DNA of 64,000 bases from Fimbriosthenelais zetlandica (lineage: Eukaryota). The DNA is taken from assembly GCA_977030845.1 (NCBI GenBank), contig OZ365114.1, positions 26,164,001 to 26,228,000 of the forward strand, written 5' to 3'. Shown in pieces: positions 25,826-39,157 of the stretch (position 1 is its first letter; each line of letters opens with the position of its first letter). The notes under the pieces are model-generated. The model did no database searches. It was not told the DNA's origin and saw only the letters and a program-made list of their open reading frames with translations. A program made the position numbers and the translations under genes.

Positions 25826-25885
25826 TGTTTAAAACCTTGCGGACAACCGTTGGCGCCACTTGCACAATGTTTCCAGCTATGTCAG
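25826..25885 (+). CDS. ANOS1: Anosmin-1 exon equivalent to human exon 3 (Cys-box): CLKPCGQPLAPLAQCFQLCQ
   Basis: Acceptor ctctcatttttgcag, donor CAG|gtaagt, 60 nt, phase 0-0; Cys spacing matches human CLEPC...CQSFCE. Confidence 0.88.
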
Positions 25886-26550
25886 GTAAGTTTGTACAAT
25901 TTCAAGTAGTTTAGTAGAAAGAAAATCTTTTCCAATTGGAGTGATTCTCATTATCGAATCTTGGCAAACCAAATTGAGATCATTGCTTTTCATAGAGATT
26001 TTGAATGAGACGTACAACTCTTCTTTCGTTTCGTTTCACATTGTTTCGTCATTCCAAATTGTATTCTAGGGGATACATCACATGAACATACATACAATTT
26101 TCCTCTGCCTCGGGAGGAACGTGTTTATGGAAATTATTCTTTTCAAACATTCTATAAAACTTTCAGTTGTCCATTTTCTCTTCATGAATACCGATAATAA
26201 GGTATTCATGATTTCTATTTACCTCTGGGTCCTCCCAAGTCTATCGTCATTTCAGTAATCTTTATCCTGTTCTATGCCTTTTCAGGAGTCATCTCAGGTA
26301 TGTAATGTCATAATAGGTTGTAATCCTACATATACTAGATAAGGTGCCCTTCCTTCTCCCCCGGGAACCTGCATGAATAATCATTCCCACCTTATTCCCC
26401 TCATTCCACATCAATACTATGTATTCTAGGTCTAGTTCTATATAAACCTGATCATAGGAATGTTGTAGGTTTCACAAAATTAGTTAATTTTGTCGAACAC
26501 CTTTAAACCTTGCACCATTATCACCCCAACACACATTCCCCTGAGACTAT

Positions 26551-26586
26551 CCTTCCTTCATACCTTCCTTCATACCTTCCTTCATT
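26551..26586 (+). repeat. 12-bp tandem repeat CCTTCCTTCATA x3
   Basis: Read directly from the sequence (last base of the third copy differs). Confidence 0.85.
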
Positions 26587-26932
26587 CCTTTCTTCTCCTC
26601 ACCACATTACTTTTTTCTGATGTTTTTGCTAATTTTATATGGATTATCTCCTCAAACAAGTTCATGCGTAAGATCGTCATGAAATTTTTACTACAATCGG
26701 ATTGGTTATGGTTCTAACATGGATAAAGTTAGAGTAACAAGTTGATATTTTTTCCATTCCATTCATGTTTTGTTGTGTTCCTCACCCATTGGTATTACTA
26801 ATCATACATTTCAATAACTTAAGGAATTGATAATAGATGCTTAGATATAATTATTTTAGATTGAATAAGTGCTTCCTGGTAAAGGATTGGTGGCAGTTGG
26901 TTGTTAGTTGCCTTTAGCATTGGGATGTCATT

Positions 26933-26968
26933 TTCCCATTTAACTACAAATTCCCATTTAACTACAAA
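26933..26968 (+). repeat. 18-bp perfect tandem duplication TTCCCATTTAACTACAAA x2
   Basis: Read directly from the sequence. Confidence 0.85.
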
Positions 26969-29900
26969 AATCTTCCTAAATTAGCAAATTTGTCGACTGA
27001 AGCCGGGTGAATTATTGGTTATATAGCATTGATTTATCCTTGAGTCAGGCCTCTAGTCTGCTTTCACACTTTCTCTATATAATAGTAGATTCTCGCAAAA
27101 AGGATCAAGGCAGTGAGTGCCATCCCCAAGACGATAGGATTAGTGCCGCTGGCACACACTTAGTATCAAATTTTCTCTGCCTGTACTGGGGACACGAGGG
27201 AAACACAATTCCTGAGGAATACCCTCGCAATCCCTGGGTATGTGTTGTGGGGAAACATAATTCGGCAATGTGAACCCCTCTGCAGCTTGTGTCCATTCAG
27301 ATGTTTGGTTGTACTGGGGAACATGGCCTCTTGCCTCGCAAGACAGATGTGCTCGTTGTTTGGCTTGGGAGTGTGCCCGGCGAGGCAAGGCTTTCGTGGG
27401 GCTTCCATTTGGACGGGTCCCAAGGAAAACACCTTATGTGGGAGAGTGGGGTCTCGATGTGACAAGGTGGGGCCAGGGTTCCGGACCTCGGGTTTGCCAG
27501 ATTCACGCATGGACATCTTATACCTTTAAGCAAATACAATCCATCTTTAATGTATCCATGGTTTGGTTTCTCACACTTTTAGGCTTTCACGGTTGGCAAA
27601 ATATATCAATATGAAATCATGAGAGTTTATTCATACAGTGAAGTTCATGTAGGATGAGTTTGCATGCAAGTGTATAACCCCAGAACTAAACGCTGGGTTT
27701 TCACACATTTAAAAATGTCTTTTCCTCGTTGGACTGACCTTTAAGCAGTCTGGCTTCCTTTGTAATTTGCCAGCGACTTGGGAGAGTCTGAAGTACTTTA
27801 CTCTGTCCTTTGGTGGCCGCCAAATTTGCCGCAGGCCAATTATGCCTTCCCAATTTTCTTTCACAGTTTGATGGAGATCAACAAGTCTCGCAGTCCTTTA
27901 ATTTTACCCAGCACAACTATTGGCTGGCACTGCTCACCCGAGGAAATAAAACTTTTCCCTCTCTGTTCCCCCTTCCTCCCTTTGTGAAATTAAATACAAA
28001 AAGAAACAGAGGAGGCTGGGTCATGAAGAGGCTTGTGGCAGTGCAATTTGACATGCCTGGGAAATAGGACACCGGTTCTACACAATTCCGTTTCTTAAAT
28101 AGTGATACATCAGCAAGCCTTATTCCCTTCAGAAAACTTCCAATTGTAAGCTGTGCTTTCTCAGTAGCCCATCTCTGTCGACGCCTGTTGAAATTCTTTC
28201 AAGGTTGTCACAGATACAGGAATTGCTTTTCGCTCATCTGCCTTTTCAGAGTCTGATGGTGATGATGATGATGCGCATGCGTGTAGCAGTCACATGCTTG
28301 CTCGTGACCTTTCCTACCTTCACCGAGAGACAGAGTGGAAAAACGCGGTAGAGATTCTCTTTAGAAAATTATCTCTTTGATGTCTCTGGTAAAAAGATGT
28401 AAAGGAATGTCACAGTCAAATACTGCCTCGCAGATTCCATTGCAAGGACTGCAACCACAGAGGCCAAACTCATTTTTTGTTCAAGTCTGAACCGGTGATT
28501 TGATTAGGCCGAGTTACATTAACGTTGGCTGCAGTCAGTTTTCTTTATTAAATTTGTCCTTTTTCTCCTAAATTGGATTCGCTTAAGCTACTGGCGAATT
28601 TTGAGGAAATGTTTTAATCTTTCGTTAATAGAATTATGAATTCGTTGGAGGTTGTTATTTCCCTCGGCAAGAACCACAACCAAAGTCACTTGATCAACAT
28701 CAGATCGAAAAAGACAAAGGATTTTATAGGATGAAATAGCCTGTTATGGAATGCGACTTTGATAAGTCATCTTTATTCATTAATTTACTCGCTGACTCAA
28801 CATATATAGGGCATGCATATCTTAAATATAATTATAAAAGGACAAAGAAAACAGTACTCTGTTTTACAATATTGTAGATCTGAAACAGGCCATACACAGT
28901 AGTTTTATCTGCAAAAGTTACACGACTTGCAAAATCATTCAGACTGTGAACACAGTTCATACATTTTTCACTTGTGTAGGTATTGATGGAAAAGGTCAAC
29001 TGAAATGCTACCTTGCATTGACAAAAAATGTTTTTCATGTCTGCAAGAATTCCTCTTGGAGAATGAATTAAACTTGTGTAGAACTGTACAGCGAGACATG
29101 AGAAGTACAAAAACGCTTAAGTTTTTTAAATTTGCATTTGCTATGGAACAGCTTGGAACAAAAAAATAAGCTTCAAAGTTTGTCTCTTGAAAACGTACAT
29201 GAGATACTTTAAACATTCTCATGTTATATATGTACATCCTGCATATACTGAATGCAAAAACATTACAATATGTGATGGGAAACTTGCAGATGTGTCTCAC
29301 ACATTATCTGTGTGAGGATACCCTATAGGAATGTAACTTTCTAGCATTCCAAAATGGGGCTTTCTGTAGCTTTTCTGGAGCTTACATCTCCACCTATTGG
29401 GTCGTTTTTCTTGCTGTCTACAAGACTATCATAGTTGATAATGGCGACTGCCGTGTATTCAGATGAAAATATATGTGGCAGGGATTTTCCTGAATGTCAA
29501 ACTTAACAGTGCCATTTTCCTCTTACTGTGATTCAGTTGACCTTTATCGCTGGCAATTGGAAAATGACTGGCATACAAGTCTGCTTCCTAACGCTAAGAA
29601 AACGCTATGGGTCAATGACAGAACTCAAAGGTCAACAGAGAGTCTGATGAAAGTTGGCGGCCTTGTATCACTAACAGACCTGAGACTTTACTTTAGAAGG
29701 AGGGGCTGAGGGGGAGGTGGACTCGGGGATAGATAGCCTTATCTCTAGTCCTATCAGGCTTTTAATTCACAAAGGACATGTAGAGTGGAGACATGTGGGG
29801 CTGTGTATGGACTATATAAGGCGTCTGGTCAGGTCTCCTCTCATCCAGCCTATTGTCCTCACCTATTGACCAGTGGTCATCATCCCTGACCACCCTCAAC

Positions 29901-32900
29901 ATCAACCTTGGATCCCTGACCCTCACTCATCCCCCTAATGACCTTTGACCCTGCCTTGTTCCTCATTTGTAAGCAGAGCAAGGATGCCCTGAACGAGGAT
30001 CACTAATTATATCGGGTGGCGCCACCTTGCGTCTGTTGTTGCCTCGCGTCACAGATGCCTGCGGCATACATTTACCTCGTGACGCTGATGCATTGTCGGC
30101 CAAGATGTGCTGAATATTTCCTGCATCGCTTTTTCTAAGGGACACCTGATTAAATCAAATGATTCATCCTTACAGTAAAAGGAATGTCACAGACCTGGTC
30201 TTGTGGCTTGCCGAGCTTACATGGTTTAATCAAGCCAAGGATGCAGGCAGGAGCCGTGGCCAGATTAGCTTGCTTTCTTCTTTCCCTGTCGACATAACAT
30301 CACACCAATGAAAAGATCCAGGGGGATTATCCTTATTTTTACGGACCCATAAAACTAGATTAGCTGACAAGTCCTTCCATTAATCCATAGTGGATATTCT
30401 GCCAGGCCCTCCCTATCACGGTGACCAGGCCTGCTGGGAAAAATTACACCTTTTTGATGTAAATATTTACTTTTCTGTAATTTCCTCCTGGTTCCGCCAG
30501 AGACCGGGCAAGTTATCAGGAACTTAAACAAAGTTGCCTTATTCGTCATGTCCAAAAGTTGGCAATTCATGGATTTTATCCGCATTTGTGCTTCTATATA
30601 TCTTGCTTATAGGAGACAGAAGAGACTTTATGATGGATACTGATTAAAACTTTAAGCCGTCACTCTATTCTCAAGTAACCACTTTCACTGGTCTGCTGAG
30701 AGTAGTTTATGGCGATGAGGATTTTTCACTGGCCAGTGGTTTTAATAGAGGACAGTCACGTTGCCATCAGATGTTACTAATTAACTTGAGGGGAAAGTCC
30801 ACGGGGGAGAAGAATTGAGACCTAGAAAGCAGAATACAAATGACTCCCCCTCAAAGAAATCACCATCTCTAGCGACCTTCAATTCATTAGCAGGCAAATA
30901 ATCAACTACAAAGCTCTCTCTATTCCTCAACTCTTCAGCAATGAACAAATGTTCTGAGCCTATATCCGGCAATGTTTATTTTCCAGCATGCCTTTCAGTG
31001 CTGCTGCGTAGGTTATGACAAAAACCACTTGTATATTATTCAGGATAGATACATCCTCTGTTCATTAGAATGCAAACATGGACATGTCGATTAATTAGTA
31101 GGACCAATTAGACTTTTTGTCAATTGTATAAATGCTCATTGCCTGAGGGTGCTAATAGGAATTACTTTACTCTCTGGAAAGCCCAGAGGTATTCTCACAG
31201 GCTTTTTATCTCCTGCAGTAATTTACTATACTGCGGGAAAGGCAGTGTTTGCAATGATCTATTTACTGAGGGGTATATGTCTCCAGACAAAACAAAATAT
31301 GATGCCTTTTCAATTAAGAAAGTTGTTGACCCAACAAACACTTTCCATCCCAGATGTCCCGTGAACTTTGGGATTGACGTTTTCCACATTACCCTGGAAC
31401 TTTGTCCCAGAATCAGCTCCTACTATTCCTTCATTGTGGATTTGACTCTGATTATACGTAGTTAAAAAAGATGTGCTATAATATTTTCTGAAAATGTTAG
31501 TTTCAACTCAGACAGGTTGATGGCACATCAAAACATTGTGAAATGAAAAAAAAACGATTTTCATTGGTCAATTAGTGAATGAAGTCAATATACGGCATAA
31601 AGGTATATATTCGAATCATATGTCTATAGAGCGTTCTAGCCTGTGAAGCTATATAATCAACTCACTGTTGCTTGAAAGTAACTTTTTTGCTGATGTAATG
31701 GAAAGAAACCTTTAAGGCTTAATTATCACTTATTTGCTCTTCCCAGTGTTTCCATTCTGGTGAAGGGAAACATGCCTTGGCCACATTGAAAATCATAACA
31801 GCTGCCTACACAAAAGCAATAAAGCCATTACTTTTACTGAGCATTCAACAAAGAGAAAATCCACGCTCTCTTTAGTTGTCCTTTAAATACTGTCTTCAAA
31901 ATCTCGCTTTGCAGTCATGTCTTTCATTCCATTCCCGCCACCATATAAATTGGGAAACGGGGACTTCCTGCCTGATAAAAGGGTGCAAAGTATTTGTAGT
32001 AAACAGTAGTTACAACGCCCATCATGTTCCCCTGTAGACAATTCAGAGATTGCCACTTGGCAGGTTAGTCTGCAGTTGTCACATTTACAACTGTTTCTCT
32101 TGTCAATAAAGGGCCACAGGTGATACTTTGGTCTCTTTATAACACAAAAGTTGTCGAAAGACGCGTCGATAGTGTACCTTCAAAGGTAGCAAATGACACA
32201 ATACGACACTCAACGGGCATTGATCGGCCTTGAACCCCCACCAGGCAAAACCCTTGTTATCCTGGCGCTCAAAAAATAAACCATTCAATACATGCTGCAT
32301 TCTAAAACCTAGGTCAGAAGATTGTCTCACATATCTTGTAGCAGATACATGTAAGATAAAATATTGACAAGGGTGTGGCTTCTTCCTGTGCAGCTTCATG
32401 TGTCAACACGACAATAGTTTTCCATTAAAGTAGTTGAAGCTTATAAAAGAAAACAAACATAAAAGAGCTTAATTAATATTTTGCGATTATGTGAATCCTA
32501 CAGAGGTTAGCTGGATTGATATCGTCACTGTGCAAGCGCATTATGTTAAATGTAAGTATTGCATTCTGCTGTCAGCATAGAGAAGATTCAGTGAGTATAA
32601 ATATAACCATCCAGGGGCATGCTCAAGGTGTCTGCTCTATACCCCTTCTCTCTTTTTCACTCCCACTCTCTCTGGATAAAGAAGTGGCTTTGATCCTCGT
32701 GCCAAGGCCAGCTTATACACCTGTCTTACAGGTATAGCAGGGACACGTATTCCTATAGGCAGACATCAGTCACCGATCATATATAGACAGGCTGTCCTGG
32801 AAGTAAGACTAGATGACAGGGATACACTATTATTAATATTGGAAACTGATATGATATAATACAGAGGGATAGGGGAAATAAATTATCTATGATTGATTAG

Positions 32901-35900
32901 GAATAAATATACCTGATGAGAAATCTCTGTTTTAAAGTAAGATCTATCATATTCATCAGGAACTTTTGGAGTTTAATCGCATACATACGGCTTCAGAAAT
33001 ATTAAATTTGGCTTGTTATTTGATTTAAGCTAGAAAAACGCCTTGAATTTCCAAGAATTTTCATTATTGAATGTAAATTAAACATGAAAGCTTGTTAATT
33101 ACAACAGAAGAAATGGCTATCAAATGCTCTTGTGTAATGCAGAATGAACTTAGGAAGCCTTAGTACAAATAGGACTCAGAACATTAGCCACCCTGTGTAT
33201 CATTTTGAGGATAATTTTGAGGATAATTTAATTGTCTGACTTCCGGGCTGTAATTCAGAATCAGGTACTATTACCTTTGTCTGAAAAATGCCACAAACAT
33301 AATTATATCTTCACTAGGATAATAAGGGGTAGGATGTAATATAAAATTATAAATCAAATCATGTAAGTTATTACTTGAAGTTATGCAGTATATCAAAATG
33401 GGGACTATCGGCTTCATGAAGTTAAACTACCATGACCACCTCACAATTATTATTCCACCGAAGGCCTTCATGAAGAAATGACAATTGGATTGAGCTGATT
33501 GGCAATAATGGCCATAATTAGTTTCTAATGAGCTAATCTGCCATATCCAATAGAGACGTCGCTCCTGGGCCTTCAATTATAACACAATGATTTCTATTTA
33601 CACCTCAATCCATCAATTGCCTCAACACTGTGTTTGCCGGCCTCCAAATATCACAGTATTAAGTTTAATGAGGCAGGATTGCTCTCTATTACTCTATCGC
33701 CTCTGACTGGAACCTCTCCGGGAGGCACTGCACCATGTGCCAATAGAATAGGCTTTTATTGGGGCCAATGATGGTAAATTTATGGTTCCTAATGCCTTGT
33801 CAGTGACTATTACTTCCCTTAATGATATATGATCTGATCGGTGGCCAATAACATACAGCATGTCATAAACCACACGTTTATTGCTCTTAAAGGTCCAGAG
33901 GCTAAATGAGACTGTTCTGATATATGATATGTGGCAGAAGTTAGACCTGAATGAATGGGACCTCGTTCTTGCATTCTGTAATTATCATACTAATAATTTA
34001 ATAATCCTATACGTAAAGAGAAGAGTGCAAGGTCCTTACAGTTCAATGCTATAGACAGGCAGTCTGTGAGAGATTATATTCTAGAAACGAATTGGCTAGA
34101 CGATCACAGTAATTTGTTGCCAGAACTTTCCAACATGCAGTGACAAAGATTTGAAGTTGAGACTAAAGATTTTTTCAGAGTTACTTTTTCCAGAAGGGAA
34201 AATTATGGACAAAAATTCCTGATAAGTAGGGGAAATGACTGCTTATAAGCTTCAGACTTGTCTTTGATTCGATCTGCCAGCCTTGCCAGCTAACCCGCTG
34301 TCTGTGTGTGTCTTCATCTTGACCTGACTCGGCCCTGTTTGTCCACATCAATGCGGTTTGAAGTGACCTGCCAACATGGCCGAATAGCCTCCTGCCAGCA
34401 TGGTCAACCCGCCTAAAATGAAGCTCAAACCACTAATGGAGAGCCTAGATTAAAACTACCATCATTGATTTATTTCCTCACCATATTTGCCTCAATAACT
34501 CATTTTTTAGTGATGGTAAATTCGGGATCTGCTCAATGGCCTCACATGGCAATAGCAACCCAGATTTATTGAGAAAACACACTCCTTCTTGGAGACCCTG
34601 AGGCTTGAAGAAGAACCTGGAAAGTGGTCAGCAACATGGGAAACCTTTAAAAGAAAGGATGGGCGGGGGACTGGAGTGGATGGCTAGGGGTTAGGGAGGC
34701 GAAGAAAGCAGCAGCTTCTATTGGGATTGGAAAACGTGACTGAACCTTGCAGGAATCCAATGATGAGGCCGCGTTTTTTACTTTCTCCTTGTTGTCTGCC
34801 ATCTTATCAACACTTGTGTACCGAGGGCCCTCGGTGGTCAATATAGCATCAACCAGTGGCGGACGCTGCTCCTCAAATCCTCTAATATCGCCCACCCTGT
34901 GGTGCCTCTCTGAGGGCTCACAGGCTATCATATCCCACAGTCCTCTTTATGTTTATTCAATAAGATCAACATAGTACAGAAGCATGTTCCTTTCTTGTTT
35001 TATCAACCTTAAAGTAGAGAGAAAACTTCTGGGTTGATTCTGTACTCTTGTAAACTTTTAATGATCATGTAGCTGACTTTTATAAGTTCTCATTAAAGTC
35101 ACCCCTTCAACATTTAGAAGGGAAAAGTGGACGAAATGAAGTTAAACGATCAGCCATATTACCTGAATGTTCAGTATAGTAGCCTTCTGTCACAGTGGCT
35201 ATTGGTTTATGGCTGGCTGGAGAGACATAAATAAAGACCTAAACATTATCGTCCGCTCCTTCGTCACTTACGTCTTGACGACTAATGTCGTCGACAGCCA
35301 ACGAGGGTACCACAAACGCATGTCAGGGATAAATACATTTATTTTCTGGTAATGCCATCACTGTGCTTTCAGCGCCTGGGCAGCTCCATCCATCAACCGG
35401 TTGCCTTGGCGCCCCATTTTCCATTTCGGACATCTCGGGGTAGTCTGCCTTTTCATGACTTTGCCCCCAGAGCAGCTGGAGAAAATTAAAGTCATCTGCC
35501 ATGCAGTAACAATGTTTCTTACATTCATTGGCCTGCTGTGTCTACAAGAATGTTATTCTTCTTTCTCTTCTTACAATACATAATTCATGATTCTATATCA
35601 CAAAACAGGAGATACTCGGGTAGTTTTAGGATGGCAGGAAACTTGATTTTATTTGGTATGGAAACAAGGGTGAATACGGAGAGGATTGTCAGAGCTTCTC
35701 AAGTACTCCTTTGAAGTCTTGGTTTCTTTTGGACCTAATATGGTTAGCCCACCATCCCTTTAGTAGAAAACAAGGGAGAATCGCCTTAGCGCGTTTATAC
35801 AGACCTAAAGCCTGCAAGCCAGCACCCAGCAGCACGGGTAATCAAGTTTCCTCTGATTATTTCTATCACACACAAAAGCAATGTACGAAATGACTTTGTG

Positions 35901-38352
35901 TTCAAATAACACTAATCCCATTTACTGCCTATACCAACACTGTTTGGGGCGAGGCTAAGGGGCGTTGTGAGTGATGACATACTTATGATTAGATGGGACA
36001 CATGACGATGTCTGTAATGATACAGAATTACTCAAATCCAATAAATGTGCAGGGGTATTGAAGAGACAGAAAAAGCGAAAGTTCTCGTAATATGTGTTTA
36101 AAGGTGCCATTCCTGCAGGGAAGTGAACTCCGGTGAATACATCATGGAAATCCTTGTTTATTCATGATCATTTGGGCATCTTTTCAAATATTTTCCCTTC
36201 AATGAAGCAACAACAAAAGCCTTGAAGAGCAAATAAAGATGTTCTTAAAGATTGATCACAGTGACAAAAGACAAAATCTTTCTGATGAATATCGACTGAA
36301 AATCAAGTTTCAACCCATTTTTCATTCCGAGATTATTGAGGGGCCTGAGGAAGTTCCACTTTGGCCTGCCTGATGTGATAAAGAAACAATATACTAAGTG
36401 ATTTTTTGAAATGCAAAATGTCTTCCCCAGAGTGCCAAAGGCAAGATTTGCTGAGAAGAATTTCATTTTAAAGTAATTTGGAGATAGTTGCAGGAATCTT
36501 GAAGTTTCCAAACAAAAGTCCTCTCTGTAATTTGTATTCGGATCATCTCTGAAATTCTAATTCCATCCGGAAAATTGAAGTATAGGAAATAAATCTATAA
36601 ATATTTGTATCAGGAAATTTGTGTGAAAAGATGGCGTCCTGCTGATTACATTGTCTCAGCTCGTAAATGCCAGCGAAGACGAGTGTAAAAATGGATGAAG
36701 ACAATCGGTTGCTCGTGATGAAAAGGTTCCTTTCTTTAAACCTGAATGAAAAAGGTCTGGAGGCTTTCTTCTTAAGATCTGGATAGAGGAAAAAATGTTC
36801 CAGCGACAGGAATTCACTACTGCCTGAGAGTTTTCTTAAGGAAAAACGTGAGCTCTTTGGATGCTCTCCAGTTCACTCTTGTTCCTTTCTCAATCCTTCA
36901 TCTCAATTTTACATTTTTCCGAGAATTCCAGGAACTTTAGCTCTTCTCGATCCAAATCTCTTCCATCTTCCCTTCTCTTTGTTCATTGCAACTCTTCCTT
37001 CGCCTTTGTTTTTTCATAGATTTCCCTTTCTTTTCCCGCACAACATGTTCGTCTTCCTTTCCCCTGTACCTCTCTTCACATCCCGGTCTCCTCCTCTGCA
37101 TCACGCCCCTTCTCCATTATATCTCCCTGCCTTCTCAGTAGACCTTACTCATCCACCTCCCCTTTACTATAAGTCCCTAGCTTGTCATATCATCACGTTA
37201 ATCTGGTAAAACCATGGAGTAGGATCCCTCCACATTAGAAGTCATGTACAGAGAGCAGCTGGCAAAACCCTACCCGGATATGATCCTCATCCTGGTCGGG
37301 GACCTAACCGGATCCCTGCTGGATTTATCCAGAATTCTGGCACCAGTGTAAACAAACCTTAATGGGAAGGGATTCTCAGGCGCGTGAGCCAGAGAGGCCC
37401 AGGATAAGAGGCACCTCCCAGTGCTTGGCCACTATCAGGGTTTAGCCGTCTTATGTTCGACAGAGTAAATGCTGTAGAGCAGGCATGGGTTACCACCTTG
37501 CTCCGATAAGCACCCTACACCTTGGCAGGTCCATAGGAAACCACAGAGATTATAGGTCATATTATTACCGGGTATATAAGATCGTTTCTGTACCAGACCT
37601 TCAAAGCCCATGTTTTGACACTGCTAGTCGATGGTGTGATCCCTGAGCTTTGCCCTGGCGCCCAACGTTAAAGTAGGAAGAGATAGGAAGGATTAACGGC
37701 AGTTTGGTTGGGATTGATGTTCCTCTTAAATCATGTTGGACTGCTTCCCCAACATTCTACATGGACACGGGTTGGAGTCAAACCAAGGCTGAATTTTTAT
37801 AGGGCTTCAGCTTGGATTGGTCCTCCATAATCTTATAATTTGAATTTAAGAGGAAATGCTCTCTGAGTGGAAGTGAAAGGTGTTCTGGTAGTGTGAAAGG
37901 TTCTCCATTGAAAAATATCAACATTCCTTCAATCAATACATTACATTGATTGTGTCTTTTTTAGTTGAGGAAGGGTCTTTGTATATCTCTCATTCAGACT
38001 TGGCGATGTTGCTGGCATAAAGCCTGCCTGTTAAAAGGGGACTTAGGTATAGGATAGTGAGATAGAGAACATGGTTAGATCGCATGCACCTCAGAGCCTA
38101 ATCGCCCCGACCCTGGCTCTCCCCATCTCCTGCCTTATCCATCTTGTCTAAATGTTTTAGGGCTTGAATGGACAAGATGAGGTCCCCAGTTTAACTTGGC
38201 TCCATCGCCGCATCATGACCTTGGCATGATCATGATAAGACGTGGGTCTGGGTCTGATCAAGAAAGATGGCTTCCTCGATTAGACATGAGGTCCTCTGCC
38301 CCGAGTGAGAACGGGACATGCAAAAAGACATTCTCAGGAGAATGTGGGCTAA

Positions 38353-38426
38353 TGACGTCACTTGGGTTTTGAGTCATACGTCCTCTCTGCAGTGACGTCG
38401 GTTGGAGGAAGTCTTGAGTGACGTCG
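38353..38426. promoter_or_regulatory. CRE/AP-1 cluster about 0.5 kb upstream of the WAP exon
   Basis: TGACGTCA 38353, TGAGTCA 38370, TGACGTCG 38393, GGAGGAAGT 38404, TGACGTCG 38419. Confidence 0.5.
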
Positions 38427-38940
38427 CTACAATGTTGGGATTTGACAAATTGAGTAATTAGTAAAGTATGGTAGCATGAGACAGTGCGTGTGAAGATGTT
38501 CATGTTTTCAACACTATCTTATGTTCTCAGGGACCTCCTTGTTATCCTGCCAGTCCGAAATGACACCAAAGCGACAGCTGATGACAGAAGCAATTAACAG
38601 ACATCCTCACAAGGAAACCAAAGCCCAAATTGGGTCTTAATTCCCATGTTGTCCCTGGCCTTAAAATCCTTAATACTCAAGTAACATTTTAAATGGGATT
38701 TGCATTGGATTTTCATGCCAGGTTTAAAAATTACACGCAGACATTCCTTTTTTCTTTCGCATTCCTTCAAAGGCTCTTTTCATTGGTGCCAAAGATATTC
38801 ATCAAATCGCTTTATTTCTGTGCATCTTTCTTATCAAAGCAAAGTTTTATATTGATTCAAAAGCAACTTGTGGAGTGTTTGAAAGGCGATTGAGTGATTG
38901 TTAATGTGGATTTTCTTCCTTCTTCTTGTGTTTTGTACAG

Positions 38941-39157
38941 AAACAAGAGGATGATTGTGAACAGTCATGTCGTTTTCTCAAGCATGTGGAGACCGTCCGC
39001 CCAGGCACTTGTCCACCACCAGAAGACGAGAGTGGTGAAGGAAAGGAGGGTACTTGTATCGTCAACTGTGACGCTGATCCAGCCTGTGACGGGACCATGA
39101 AATGCTGTGACACTGGGTGCGGCTACACATGTCAGACACCCCTCAACATCAACATAG
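38941..39157 (+). CDS. ANOS1: Anosmin-1 exon (end of Cys-box plus WAP domain): KQEDDCEQSCRFLKHVETVRPGTCPPPEDESGEGKEGTCIVNCDADPACDGTMKCCDTGCGYTCQTPLNINI
   Basis: Long pyrimidine tract ending ttgtacag, donor G|gtcagt, 217 nt, phase 0-1; complete 8-Cys WAP pattern with KCC..GC...C. Confidence 0.97.

Noticed and set aside
27166-27516. GC-rich block with ORFs on both strands; YPGIARVFLRNCVSLVSPVQAEK weakly resembles a hAT dimerisation domain
   Set aside because: The key W/ERxFS residues are absent and no TIRs were found. Too weak to call.
28573-28588. AATTGGATTCGCTTA, similar to the C. elegans AIY (TTX-3/CEH-10) motif that controls kal-1
   Set aside because: It needs an indel to fit, is a single occurrence, and conservation across such a distance is unsupported.
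31124-31465. 113-aa ORF with IKKVVDPTNTF, like the C-terminal motif of BBE/FAD oxidases
   Set aside because: It is a single short motif with no flanking splice sites or other domain features.
36600-37050. Minus-strand Glu/Lys-rich coiled-coil-like frame with IQRAH and YPDL, reminiscent of L1 ORF1
   Set aside because: The two motifs are about 20 aa apart, much closer than in L1 ORF1p, and there are multiple stops. It may still be a decayed TE.
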